Shown here in pieces: positions 45,743-64,000 of a stretch of 64,000 bases of DNA. Under the pieces are notes generated by a model, which was not told the origin of the DNA, ran no database searches, and saw only the letters and a list, made by a program, of their open reading frames with translations. This DNA comes from Eledone cirrhosa. Its lineage: Eukaryota. Position 1 is the stretch's first letter, and every line of letters starts with the position of its first letter. The translations under genes were made by a program, and so were the position numbers. Where the stretch lies: positions 151,776,001 to 151,840,000 of the forward strand of contig OZ024741.1 in the NCBI GenBank assembly GCA_964016885.1. Reading direction: 5' to 3'.

Positions 45743-50793
<5,051 letters not shown>

Positions 50794-50816
50794 AGAAAGT
50801 GAGGTTTTTTTATATA

Positions 50817-50867
<51 letters not shown>

Positions 50868-50875
<8 letters not shown>

Positions 50876-51056
50876 AATGGCTTCTACAGGACTAGAACTG
50901 GTTCATTCGGAGGAAATCATCAGGGTACCTGACTCAATGTAATATGGTGGTATTTATATGGGGTATAAATTACACCATATTACATTGACAGTCGGCTTTC
51001 CTGGTGATTTTCTCCGAATGAAACAGTTTTAGTCCTGTAGAAGCCATTTCTATATT
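50868..51056. mobile_element. Foldback of a decayed hammerhead-bearing pLTR-like repeat
   Basis: atagaaatggcttctacaggacta / tagtcctgtagaagccatttctat. Left arm reverse complement has CTGATGA tttc..gaat GAAC; right arm has CTGGTGA tttt..gaat GAAA CAG. Related to 21280-21340. Confidence 0.6.
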
Positions 51057-51131
51057 AAATATTTAAACTCTGCTATGTATTGAGTACCTTACTTACTGTG
51101 GTTACCCCCGATTGAACCAGGGATAAACACT

Positions 51132-51226
<95 letters not shown>

Positions 51227-51252
51227 AGACAGACACACAGACAGACAGACAG

Positions 51253-51285
<33 letters not shown>

Positions 51286-51343
51286 ATAAAATAAAACAAG
51301 GACGAGTGGTTGCTCCTTCATTACGTTTACTAGCAGAAAAACC

Positions 51344-51374
<31 letters not shown>

Positions 51375-51451
51375 TCAGGGATTGTAAAGGCCAGTAACTG
51401 TAGGTTCACCAGAGTGATCACTTCGTCCTTTTTTTATTATTCTTATATACG

Positions 51452-51520
<69 letters not shown>

Positions 51521-51574
51521 ATATGTAAAAGGTAAACAGAAATAACAAGACAATCGGTATATATATATAAATAT

Positions 51575-51730
51575 TCAACAATGGGTTTTTACACGGTTTC
51601 CATCTCCCATATTCCACTCACAATGCATTGATTAACTCATAGCTATAGTAGAAGACACTTGCGCAAAATGATCCCGCGATAGGACTGACTCTGGCACCAC
51701 TGGTCTCTTTGACCACACAGTCATGCCTGT
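51575..51730 (-). mobile_element. Decayed SINE (second cephalopod-like family)
   Basis: gctatagtagaagacacttgc.caa..tg....gc....ggactga motif, recalled as common in octopus genomes. Confidence 0.55.
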
Positions 51731-52069
51731 ATCTATTTTTGAAAGAATATTTTCTTTTGTAATTGATGTTAAAACAAAGTGAAAGAACAGAATATAAATT
51801 ATGTTTTAGATGTTGTCATTAAAACCAGATATATGTCTGGGCTGCTTCAATCTGTTGTATTGATCAGTCAGATATCCCCTATGGATATAGTATTAACACG
51901 TCACCGACACCAGCGCCCGTTTCACATAAAGAAGATATCTTAGGGAAAAGATGAATTTAAGGAAGTGATGCTGTTCCATTTTATACTGCACAAACTAGCG
52001 ATAGGCTTGTGACCTCCCCTGGGCGGCGTGGGATGGACGCACAAAATTTGCGTATTCCGAAACCCCAAA

Positions 52070-53948
52070 GAGGAATCTGGAACATCACAACCCTTAGAGT
52101 TAAGGAGCAGGAACTAGTGGAGGAACCTAGATGGTACCGGCTAGATAGAGTCGGGGTTTTCTTCAACGAAGTTCCGTGGCTCTGATGCTATAGATTTGGA
52201 TGGAGGATGGAAACGCCACTATTCAGGTGTGACGCCAGAAATGACTGCACAGACGGTAGTGGGGATACTCACAAGCCCCCGGCTGTCAGAATGTTATAGA
52301 CTGAATCCCATTAGAAGAGAGCATTTGCCTCTTGAGGATTGTACTTAAAGATAGGTCTCTGAGGGTGGTGCAAGTTTATACATCAAACAAGGAGTTCGAA
52401 TAGAGGTATTTCCTTGATGAAGTCACTGCAGTGTTAGATGTAGTGAAGATCGAGTCATATATCCTGATGGGAAACTTCAATGCACATGTTGACACTAACC
52501 ACTTGATATGGAAAGGAGTGATTGGGAAGAATGGCGAACCCGATCTAAATACGAACGGAGAGGCCCTACTAGACTTCTGTTCTAACAATGGGCTCTTTAT
52601 GATGAATACCTTCTTCTAGCACAGAGACAACCATAAATATACATGGTATAAGGGGAATCAAGGACAGAGATCAATAATTGATTTTGTTATTGTCTCTGAT
52701 CTCTTTGATTCTGTGCTGAAAGTTCGTGTTAGGAGAAGTGCTGAGCAGTCAACTGATCACCATCTAGTTATCTGTAACTTGAGACTAACTAAAGCCAAGA
52801 AAGCCCACAAAGCTACAGGATAAAGTAGGAAGCATCGGTGGATAAGGAAGTGAGGACTAGGTCTCCAGATATTATTACATCCAAATTCAGAGAACTCCCT
52901 TAGCAAACTAAGAATATTGAGACAGGGTGGAAATTGTTCAACACAGCTATTAAATTGTTCGGAAATTGTTCAACACAGCTATTAAAAAGCTTGGTGTAGC
53001 ACCGGATGACAGGAGGGCCCCTTGGTTCAATCAAGAGGTCAAAGATGCCATCCAAGCAAAGAAGGGGGCTTACAAAACTTGGCTTGTAAATAAGTCCTCC
53101 TTCTTGCTCTTGCGGTACAAGCAGACACGAAGAATCGCAGCAGAGTCAGTAAAGGCGTCCAAAGTTAAAACATGGGAGTCATCTTCTGATGTACGTCTGA
53201 GGTGCGTCTGGGAGCGGTGAATAATCTCTCAGAGGCTGAGGTCACAAGAGCAGTGTTAGAGTTCAAATCTGTTAAGGCCGCTGGGGAAGATGAAATCCGG
53301 CCCGAGATGTTAAAAGCCTTAAATAGAGAAGGTATTCTCAAGCTGACTTATGTGTGTCGGGTGGCCTGGATATCTGGAAAGGCACCTAAGCAATGGCAAT
53401 CGAGAGTGATAATCCAAATTTTCAAAAAGGAAGACAAGAAATATTGTTCTAATTACAGAGTTGATCTCCTTGTTAAGCCTCTCCGGTAAAGTCTATGTTA
53501 AGTGTCTGGCAAAGAGATGCAGTGAGATTGTCGAGTCCAAGTTAGCTGATAAACAGTGTGCTTTTCTCCCTAGACGTAGCACAGCCGACGAAATATTCAC
53601 ACTATGGCAGAAATTGAGAAATCGTGGGAATATTGCGAAGAGGTATACTTTTGTTTTGTTGACCTTGAATTGATATATGACCGCATTCCGCGAGACCTTC
53701 TGTGGAAGGTTTTGTAGGAGTACGTGATCGATGGTCAGCTCCTTGCTGCCCTGATGTCTCCTTAGAAATGCCCAAGTATTTATCTTCGGATAAATGGTGC
53801 TAAATCGAAACCATTCAATGTGGGATTCAGACTCCGCCAAGGTTGCGTACTGGCATCTCTCCTGTTTATTATTTATATGAACACAATTTACATGTACAGC
53901 CCAGCTGGAAGTGTCATGATTGGCGGATTGAAAATCAGTCGGCTGGAA

Positions 53949-53952
<4 letters not shown>
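52070..53952 (+). pseudogene. RTE-clade LINE (Rex3/Expander-like): APE endonuclease plus RT, heavily decayed
   Basis: WNITTL..KEQELV; ILMGNFNAHV...WKGVIGKNG.PDLN.NG..LLDFC..NGL...NTFF; STDHHLV; KAAGEDEIRPEMLKAL; CSNYR.ISLLS..GKVY; LRQGCVL..LLFIIYM. Confidence 0.9.
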
Positions 53953-54008
<56 letters not shown>

Positions 54009-54065
54009 CGTATACATATATATATGTATACATATGTATATATATATATATGTGTATGTGTATAC

Positions 54066-54128
<63 letters not shown>

Positions 54129-54415
54129 AAGAATCAAAGAACTGTTCAAAACATTATTGTGCTTACAGCTGTTTCCTCCAAACCGAGGTTTGGATTCTTC
54201 GGAGCAATTTATTAATGCATGGACAGTTATATGACCTCCTCTTAAGGTAGTAATATGACCTCCTCTTAAGGTAGTAATACATTACTGCCTACCACTATTT
54301 AGGGTGTGTGTAAAATACTTACAACTGCTTAAGGTTTTGTGTTTACATAACCATAAATAGTATAACTAATACTATATATATATATGTATACATATGTATA
54401 TATATATATATATGT

Positions 54416-54459
<44 letters not shown>

Positions 54460-55094
54460 ACATATGTATATATAAATGTGTATACATATATATATACATA
54501 CATATATATATATATATATACATCTATCTATATATATGTGTGTGTATGTGTGTGAGTTTGTGTGTGTGTGTTTGTGTGTGTGTGAATGTGTGTACCTTTT
54601 TGTGTATATATAAGTGTGATATTTCTGTATGCATTTACACATATCAGAGTTGCCAGATATTTGGAGACGTTTCTAGCTCAGAATGGCGAAATGCCAAGAC
54701 TGTTTATAAAACTTAGCAATATAGTAGTACAGACCAAAAATATGAATTCATTAAAAATACTACTGCTATAAAATCGAATTACCTTACTGCAGAGTCGGAT
54801 TTATCGAGGAGATGGGGGATGCCCTTGGCCCACTCATCAAACAGGTCCTCTCTTTTCAAACAAGGCTTCTCTCCGAACAGGACCCCTTTCTATCTATTCA
54901 GTAGAGAGTTAGAAAGATTTGATAAAATATATCTTAACATAAGTGTATTTTAATTGTTGAATTTCAAAAATCTAACTTTTCCAGTGAAATACAGATTGAC
55001 AGTAAACCACCTGAAACGGATTCTACAATATAAATGTAAAGTTGGTAATTTGCTGTGTATTTTAATTTTTGTCTATAAGGAAATAAAAACAATG

Positions 55095-55255
55095 TGAATG
55101 AAGCTCTACTGAAGCAGGTGGAAGAGTTCAAGTATCTCGGGCAGTGTTCACGAATGATGGAATGTAGGAGGTTGAATTAAGGGCAAGAACTACAGGAGCT
55201 GGTATATTAATGCATCAAGTTCAGTATTCGGTAATCAGAAAAAGGGAAGAATGAT
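55095..55255 (+). pseudogene. RTE-clade RT fragment, probably the continuation of 52070-53952
   Basis: LLKQVEEFKYLG.VFTNDG motif. Confidence 0.65.
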
Positions 55256-55873
55256 GGTGAAGGAGATGAAAGCCAGAATATTGTTCAGGGAGAAATTGTA
55301 GTCAATCTGGTAAAGTGTAGAAACTTGTCATGGGGCCTGCAAGATAAACCTTTAGTAGGGAAAATTCCTTAAAGTGCTTGTGTATGTTATATGAGGGGTC
55401 CACAAGACGTGAACTACCAAGGGTCCTCTAAAGTCTAAATCTGTCTCTGACTTCCTCAATCCCATATAACTAAATCGTAAAATAACATTGTTGTTATAAA
55501 AAGTGCTACGAAAATATTAACATGAAATGAACTAAAAATGTAAGGTGAAGATAACATTTTTTTAATGGCTAAAAGGACTCTTCCCTGATGTAATTTAGAT
55601 TCAACACAGATACGCTCACTGTCTCTTCCAAGATATATTTGCTTTAGTTTCAATACATGGTCTCAAATTAAGTGGCTTAGCAGCATATACAGTCCCGAAA
55701 TTTCAAGGGTTTCAGCAAAGTGACCTAAACCCTATAAGGCGCTGTTGAATGTGGCCTTAAGGTGCGCATGTACTGCCGCTTTCGACAAACGTAAATCTAT
55801 AGATGTACACGCAGAGAAACGCATACATACACATACACACATTCACTTACTCACACACATACACACACTCACG

Positions 55874-55905
<32 letters not shown>

Positions 55906-55909
55906 TGTG

Positions 55910-55999
<90 letters not shown>

Positions 56000-56205
56000 G
56001 AAGCGCGTGGCTTCGTGGTTAGGGTATTCAGTTCACGAGTATGCAGTCTCATTGATTAATTCAACTGGAGAACTCGGTGTCGGAAACGACGGAAGTTCAA
56101 TAATATATATATATACAACATGCATGCATATATATATATATGCCGTGCTGGTGACCGATCCTCACGTTCACATTACCCAGCGCTTCGATGTTTTGTAAAA
56201 AAGAC

Positions 56206-56248
<43 letters not shown>

Positions 56249-56368
56249 CAAGATTCCATTTTAGATGCAGTGTTCTTCTCAACAAGAAAGATGAACAAAC
56301 TTGCCTCAACACTTAATTTTAAATCTTTAATTTTTAACTCTTTTTAATTCTTTTTAATTGTAATACTC

Positions 56369-56416
56369 AACATTTGATAAGATGGATTTCACTGATACAG
56401 CGAAACCGGTTATATT
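56369..56416 (+). ncRNA. Decayed hammerhead, U3-A8 core
   Basis: aacat TTGATAA gatg...cagc GAAA CCGG TT atatt; one mismatch in each of stems I and II. Confidence 0.5.
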
Positions 56417-56607
56417 TTATATATTTTATATACATTATAAAACTTTTTTTTTTTAAGAATTGTTCCTCTCATTTTTTCAATAATGTCACTTTGGCGAATC
56501 AAAGACAGAAAAGAAAAAGAAAAACAGATCCTTAAATATATTTTCCGTGCTATTTCCAATTTCACCTTTTCTCTATAATCGCTGTTTTGTATTGAACATT
56601 ATTCCCT

Positions 56608-56690
<83 letters not shown>

Positions 56691-57755
56691 TATCTCTATT
56701 TATTTAACTATCTATCTATATGTTTATATGTTATGAACATTTTTATTTTTGTATGTCGTTTATTAACGTTCCCAACCACCTTCATATATGTATAACTAAA
56801 GGGGAAATATTCTCAGTGTGATGTGTGGGATATCGATGTTTTATTTAAAATTTATAATTTTAAATAAATTTATTTCTGTGAAAAATATATATAACTGCAT
56901 AAAGAAATTTGAATATTTAAAAAAAAACATAATACTCATGAGAGGATATGTAAAGTTATTTACTATATAAATATCTAAAATTGGATATTTGGTGCACATC
57001 TTGTTTATTTGGTAAAAAGTCTAAAACAGCGTATATAATCTTCTAAATTCATTCCTTGTTACTTCTGAACATTCTGCTTCAGCATTTGACATTAGCCTCA
57101 TTCATATACAAAATACTTTACAATATTTGTTCTGGTTCTTTGCTTTCTAAATTGAAATTCCGTCGAGGTCTATATTGTTTTTCATTTTTTCTAAGTCAAC
57201 ACCATAAATACCATGGACGTAAGATGCTATAACACCCATTCTAGTGCATACTTATGCAAGAGTATTACAGAAAAACAATATTAATTATATAGTGTAATAC
57301 ATATGGCAAAGTACAAAAACAATCAGAATATAGAAATATTACTTACAATACTTGTTACACCTAAACTATACCTATACAGCTGTTTCAATTCTCAGAGAAA
57401 AAATCCACAAACTATCATTATCAAAATAAATAAGTTAGAATTAATAGATTTGGAGACCCAGAGTCTTGTTGATAGGCGAGGTTTTTTTAACTATTACAAC
57501 AAAATATAATTTGTTCATTTGAATAACTAACACGTAACCGTTGCAAAATCGGCAAATGACACCATGTACTTTCTGGTGTCATGCAGACAGTAACGACATT
57601 GCTATGCGAGTTAGAAATAGCTCACCAACTTATTCTAGACAGCAGCTCAACCGAAATATGGAAGCAGTACATAAAATAAATCGAAATTAGGTATAACAAA
57701 TAATGTAAGTAATATTTGTATATTCTTATTACTTTTGAACCTTATCATTTTTATT

Positions 57756-57845
<90 letters not shown>

Positions 57846-57946
57846 TATGGATGGATAGATAGATAGATAGATAGATAGATGAAAAGTAAATTGAAGTAAA
57901 TATATGTCTCAAATCATTACTCTTGTTTATACACACACACACACAG

Positions 57947-58024
<78 letters not shown>

Positions 58025-58354
58025 AAGAGTAATAAGTTCAGAAATCATCCCGGTTGAGACATGCTAAGGAGCTTTTAAGCTTAGACCATTTCATTTCTAC
58101 AATCCGCAAATATAATGAATCAATTCATCCACAGTGTAATCCAAATATTATAAAGAATCCAAATATTATACGAATGTCAGGTCACAAAATATAGATAATA
58201 AGTAATAATCCAACCAAGCGGTTAAACAGAATTTATAATATTTTATTTGTTACACGTACGCTTCTTCGACAGAAGAAAAATTAAACACAAGCATAGTTAT
58301 AAAATGTAACACAATCTAGTAAGATGAAAGTATATGAATAAATCCATATTCTAG

Positions 58355-58873
58355 TAACCAGTCTGGTATGGTCCAGGTTTTCCATCGGCAACGCCGTCAA
58401 ATTCCGTGTTTACATGTCCAGTGTAGTACCAACAGTGATATATGCCTGTGAGACATGGAAGAGTACGGAAAGTGTATGTAACAAGCTTGATGTAGTCCAC
58501 CGTCGTTGCATTCGGACCATATTGAAAATTTCATGGAGAGACCAAGTTAACAACGAGGGAGTGATGAGGAGGTCAGGATTGGAGAGGTTAAGGGACATTG
58601 TCCGGAAAAGGAGACGGTGGTTCGCGGGCCACATCCTTCGTTTACCGGCAGATCGACCTGCTCATATTGCCATGGTTTGGGTAGCAGAAGGTGGCAGGAG
58701 AGAACGGGGAAGACCACGAAAAACATGGCGGAGCACATTCAGGGAATACTTGCGGGAGATGGGAATTACCTGGAGAGGTGCTAGAAGGGCCGCCAGTGAC
58801 AAGATCAAGTGGAGGAAGCTCGACGCCCAATGTTCCACAAGGGACTGGAGGAACTAAGACTATGACTAAGAGT
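58355..58873 (+). mobile_element. RTE-type LINE 3' end
   Basis: VVPTVIYACETW...HRRCIRTILKISWRD.V.N...RRRWFAGHILR...W...G.R.RGRP.KTW; short aagact-type tail. Confidence 0.88.
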
Positions 58874-59714
58874 AACCAGACTTCAAAGAAAAGTGAAAGA
58901 AAAACGAAGCATATCCCTACATTTATTAATATAAATTTCAAATTGTTCTTTCCGATGAAACATTTTAAAGTAAAAATGAATATATATAAATGAGATTGTC
59001 AATTGCTCAAACATTTAGGTAACACATCTAAAATTATCCACAAACATGATTAAATACAATAATAGCCTAATTCACTACAGGACATTCATGCTAGAGGCCT
59101 GCCAACAGGACTTTCAGTTCACAAGATATCAAGGTATGACATACATATATATAAATAAGACCGTCAAAAACCGAAACCTGAGCGTAAATACATCTAGAAC
59201 AAAGCCAAAGCAATCGACGCAAGAAGATTGTCGATTGTCCTAACTCGTAAACAATGCACTCAGAAAGGGGACACTAGCCATAAATTAAGCGCCTATATTA
59301 GATCCCAGACATAATCCATATATCCTGACCCTTTGTATATCTACCTTTTTTCTTTTTTTTTTCCTTTTGTTTTAAGCCAAATTTAAGTAAATGCATTTAT
59401 TTCCATAATACTTCGTTAGTTGTAGAAAACGTATGTAAGACTAATGTATGTATGGTCCCGTAACTCGAGACCATACATACATACATACATACATACATAC
59501 ATACATACATACATACATACATACATACATACATACATACATACATACATACATACATACATACATACATACATACATACATACTTGGGCATTTTATTTC
59601 TAGTGGAGACCATCACACTTCAAGCCAGAGTACAATGAATTTCTTCTAGAGAAAGAAAGTAAGAGAGAGGAAATGAAAAAGAGATATAGAGGAAGAATCG
59701 ATCCCACTACCAGA

Positions 59715-59855
59715 CTAGTACTTTATTATCGACCTCGAAAAGATGAAAGGCAAATTTGACCTCGGCGGGATTTGAACTCAGAGACAAGCGAGCCAGAGTG
59801 AATACCATAAAGCATTTTATCCGACGTTCTAACGACTCTGTCAATTCACCGCCTC
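59715..59855 (-). mobile_element. tRNA-type SINE
   Basis: atcgacctcgaaaagatgaaaggcaaatttgacctcggcgggatttgaactc (B-box on the minus strand). Confidence 0.7.
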
Positions 59856-60075
59856 GTAAGACTATTAAAATGTTCTAACTTCTGTTTAAACCCTTGGTTG
59901 GATTAATACTTACCGTATATAAGCTGAGAAATATGTGAAAATGGGTTTATATACCCATTCACTCTTAGTAGTCTTCTGAAATGGACGGAATAAGTTGCAT
60001 TTCTTAATACATACATACATGCATACATACATACATACATACATACATACATACATACATACATACATACATACA

Positions 60076-60684
60076 TGGTGGCTGCCAACTCGTTTTCGAG
60101 TACGGCCACCACTTTATATCCATGTAGGAGAACCCTTACCGATGCGCTGAACGAGTGTGAATTTTTAGTCCAGCCAGCGACTTGAAGACTCTGGTACAAA
60201 CACTACACTTGTGACAATTGTTGACACATAGTGCTGGGCCCATGGTACCATGTGAGGACAAGTGCAGAGAGATCTCCAGATATAAAGCAATGCCTGTGCC
60301 ATGAAGCTTTTATAGTGAGCAAAGGCACTGCACAAAGCCAGTCCCACTCTCTTAACCAAGATGATATTTACCAAAAAGAAGAACAAGTCAACATCATTGG
60401 ATACCATCAGGGTTGCAGGTGTTATATCAGAGTTTTCCTTCTCCTAGAATTCTGCCTTGACAAAGGCTAAGGGGTCATCTCTCCCGGTCATTTTGGATGG
60501 CCATTGACTCTTAAGAGCTCCTTTGCCTTTTGACAGGTTTTGTTTTTAGTCCTGCAGGATGTCCAAAGTCACCCTCCTCACCAAGAAACCTTGGTGGGGT
60601 TGCCAGTTTAGTCGCCAACGACCCGACCATGGGACAGGTTGTACTGGGATACATGTTACCAGTAGCACCAACTGGTGACCTGAC
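60076..60684 (-). mobile_element. Non-coding repeat family A, apparently full length (about 610 bp), between (CATA)n tracts
   Basis: Longest copy; 5' about 190 nt homologous to family B. Confidence 0.8.
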
Positions 60685-60724
60685 ACATACATACATACAT
60701 ACATACATACATACATACATACAT

Positions 60725-61338
60725 GATGATGGGTGCCCCCTTCGTTATCGCGTATGACCATTGCACGATATAACATTATTAATAATTATTAATTAATTCT
60801 ATCGTGCAATGCCTGTGTGAAGATTTTTTTAAAGTGAGGAAAGACTGTGCACTGAGCCAATCCCACTCTCTGAGCGACAGTAGCTATAACCCGAAAAGAA
60901 GAAAAGATCAACATCATCTGTAACTACTGAGCCGCAGGTTTTATATCGGAGTTATCCCAGTTTCCTGAGTTGCCTTCTCCTAGAAGAATACCCTGACAAA
61001 GGCTAGGGGTCCGTCACTCCCAGTGGTTTAACCGCGCGATCGGGTGTACAGCCGCACTATATCTATGTCCCCGCGCATATACAGACACATGTATATACAC
61101 ATATACATACATATGTACATGTGTATATACATATTTACACACTTTCGGAAGGCTGTTGATTCTTATGAGTTCTTCCGCCCTTTGTCAGGTTTTGTTTTTT
61201 GTCCTGCAGGGTGTCCAAAATCACCCTCCTTACCAAGTAAACTTGGTGGGATTGCCGGATTAGTCGCCGACGACCCGACCATGCGGCAGATTGTACTCGG
61301 TTACATGTTACCAGTAGCACTGAATAGTGACCCGACAT
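60725..61338 (-). mobile_element. Non-coding repeat family B, apparently full length (about 610 bp), between (CATA)n tracts
   Basis: Reverse complement of 19185-19813. Confidence 0.8.
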
Positions 61339-61404
61339 AAAATACATACATACGTACGTACATACATACGTACATATATGCATACATATATATATAACGG
61401 CGAT

Positions 61405-62712
61405 GAATTAGTTTTGCGAGGTTTTTTATATGAAATCGTGTGTCGAAACAAATATTGTTATACTTGGGGAGGGTCATATTTGTGTAATATTGGAGCCATG
61501 GAAAAGTATGAGACCCTCATAGAACTGGACATGAAAGGAATTTGCCCATTATACAGGAGCAAATCATGGAATAGCTTAGATAGGGCTAGACATAAGATAG
61601 GGAAAGCCACCTCATGGTACGACAACCAGAGATACCAGAGTATCATGTTTGTGGACGCTACTCCTGGAGCGAAATTAGCTAACCAGTGTAGAAAGGCCCT
61701 GAGAAAGACCCACTTAAAGATTAAGGTGGTAGAAAAGCCAGGAACCACCATAAAATCCCTGATCAGCAAAACCTACCCTTTTAAGAAAACCCACTGTACT
61801 AATAGGAAACGTATCATATGTAAGGTAAACCCCCGGATAAACTGTAAAACTAGAAACGTAGTCTATAGCATAAGATGTACAGAGGGTACTTGCAGAAACA
61901 TGACAACAACATACATAGGCGAGACAGCTCGTAGCATAGGTGAACGGATAGACCAACACTGGGGGTGGGAGGACTAAAAGGACGAACGGGTCAGTACTAT
62001 ACGAACATGCCAGACAACAACACGACGGTAACATAGACAACATAGAAATTAGAATAATATCTAAACATAGAAATGACCCAGCAGATAGGCAAATCAGAGA
62101 GGCGAGTGAAATAGAACTTAGAAGGGCAAGACTAAACAGAAAGAATGAATGGAATAACAACACCCAAACAAACAACACTGACCTAAGAGAAGTATAAATA
62201 AATAAATAGGTAAATAAATAAATACATACACAAGCACAATAACAACAAACACATATAAACACACACTAGTAAAGATAGAATACATTAACCGATACACAGT
62301 CACCCAATCACGAACACACATCAAACAAAACACTATACAAACACGCAAACGCATGCGCAAAGAAGACAAAATAAAATAAACAAACAAACAAACAAATAAA
62401 TAAATATATAGACAGACTAAATAATAATGGCGTAGACATACAATGGAACGGGAGGAAACTATAGCACCACTGACGATGTTGCAGATATGCAACGAAAGAA
62501 CTTTGATAAACTATATATATGTGTTTGTGTCTATATTGTATCTGTATTATTTTTGACCGTCGGTCAGTCAATGGCAACATTGAGGACCGAATAAATTAGA
62601 TTACCGATATAAAAGACACAGAAGCGAAAAGCGAAAACCAACCACACAGTGAGTGTGTTCTGTTATTAATTCTGGCAATATTACACAAATATGACCCTCC
62701 CCAAGTATAACA
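61405..62712 (+). mobile_element. 5'-truncated Penelope-like element (Nematis-like) with GIY-YIG remnant, pLTR and a short inverted 3' end at its 5' junction
   Basis: PLYRSKSW...SIMFVDATPG.KL...KVVEKPG...C...NVVYSI.C...C....YIGETARSIGERI..H (61498-61977). 61407-61492 is the reverse complement of the family 3' end (418-503). Hammerhead-like core at 62470-62503. Confidence 0.85.
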
Positions 62713-63117
62713 ATATATATATATACATATATATATATACATATATATATATATACATACACACACACACATACACATGTATACATATACATATATATAT
62801 TTACACACACAAACACCACACACACACACACACACACATATATATAAATATATATATATATATATATGCACATAATAAATTTCGTTTTTAAATTTAAAAA
62901 ATGGAAAGAAGTAGGTGGAGAGGTTATACCAGCTCAAATTACGGTAACTTATTATAATAAACTGTACATAAGGGTAAGTTTTATATATATATATATTAAA
63001 TATTTACTCTTGATTGGCCAGAGGTGTTTATTTCCAGGTACCTTATGAATTTGAGTTTCCGTATTTATTACTGTTGTGAAATATTGTGGCTTTTTTTGGT
63101 TGTAACTTCTCTGTTTT

Positions 63118-63520
63118 TTAGCCTAGGAAAATATATATATATGCCTACGTATATAATTACATGCATATATGTATTTATTTTCTTTTATTAATTGAGTTCT
63201 TTACACGAGGAATTAATATTGGTTTTGAAATAACTAATTAACCCGCGTGTGTTTTATATTTTACTCTTAATAATTCGGCCGAAGAATTTATATTCCCATT
63301 TGCCCTTTATAGCATAACTTTCTGCATTTACTGCGGTTATGAGAAGCGGTTCTTATTCGGGTACAACTTTGGATTTAGCCTAAGAAAATATCTATATGCG
63401 TGTGTAATTTATACAAGCATATATTTATTTTTTATTTTCAATTGAGTTCTTAAACACGTTGGATTGATAATGTTTTCAAAAAAACTAATTAACCCGCGTG
63501 TATATTATTTTTTTCCTCAT
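63118..63520. repeat. Degenerate about 260-bp direct duplication
   Basis: ttagccta.gaaaatat...attgagttct..aca...aactaattaacccgcgtgt occurs twice. Confidence 0.55.
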
Positions 63521-64000
63521 TTCGTGAGTTGTCTCCCCTTCCCGCTTTGTGTCGCTATGATACTTCCTCAGTCAAAAACTGCTGGAATTTCAAATTTGGC
63601 GGTCATTCAAGGCGAGAGAGAGCTACTTTACGGACATGATTTTTGACAGCGGTAAGAAATTGTTTTCTTATATCAATGTTTAATGGGCTTCCACTGATGA
63701 TTTATAAGTGCCCACCTAAATATATTCTTACATGAATATATATTAGGCTTCTACATAAACTGGAAACATTCTCCCAAACTTGTAGAAAACTTATAATGAA
63801 ACAATTGTTTGGAAAGAGAGATATACTTTAACTTTAATTATATCTCATAAAATAATACAACTGGTTTTTCCACATTATACATATTGTTAGCACCCCAAAC
63901 ACTTAAATTGGATTTATATTTTAATATAACCTAATGTTTGTTGAGTGAGATGGTTACCAGTCAGAGTTTAGCTTTAAACTATCTCTGTTATTGTATTAAA

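Noticed and set aside
54229-54279. 24-bp tandem duplication (and a similar one at 52929-52985)
   Set aside because: Simple local slippage duplications; no functional sign.
55998-56040. tRNA gene (A-box-like gtggcttcgtggttagg)
   Set aside because: No B box or cloverleaf; most likely a truncated SINE head.
63685-63775. CTGATGA at 63694 as a hammerhead
   Set aside because: No convincing stems or properly placed GAAA half.

Overview
This is a eukaryotic, AT-rich, repeat-saturated window with no recognisable host gene. The SINEs and microsatellite load suggest an octopus or other cephalopod (inference). Most ORF-track calls are (TA)n, (CA)n or (TACA)n artefacts. Real content: decayed Penelope-like elements (PLEs) of several clades (RT and GIY-YIG remnants), RTE-type LINE fragments, an RLE-type LINE 3' end, a mariner fragment, tRNA-type SINEs and a 200-N gap. 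The main signal is a hammerhead-ribozyme system. Two near-perfect tandem arrays (593-bp unit, about 9 units, 21703-27070; 310-bp unit, about 38 units, 30974-42886) carry one type I hammerhead per unit, i.e. retrozyme-like arrays, and the 593-bp unit uses a compensatory U3-A8 core. Both arrays and at least 7 smaller insertions share one architecture: two inverted arms with ribozyme-sense strands pointing outward, mostly into (TA)n tracts. In three cases the inversion point lies in hammerhead stem-loop II. Ribozyme calls come from manual folding only and are untested.
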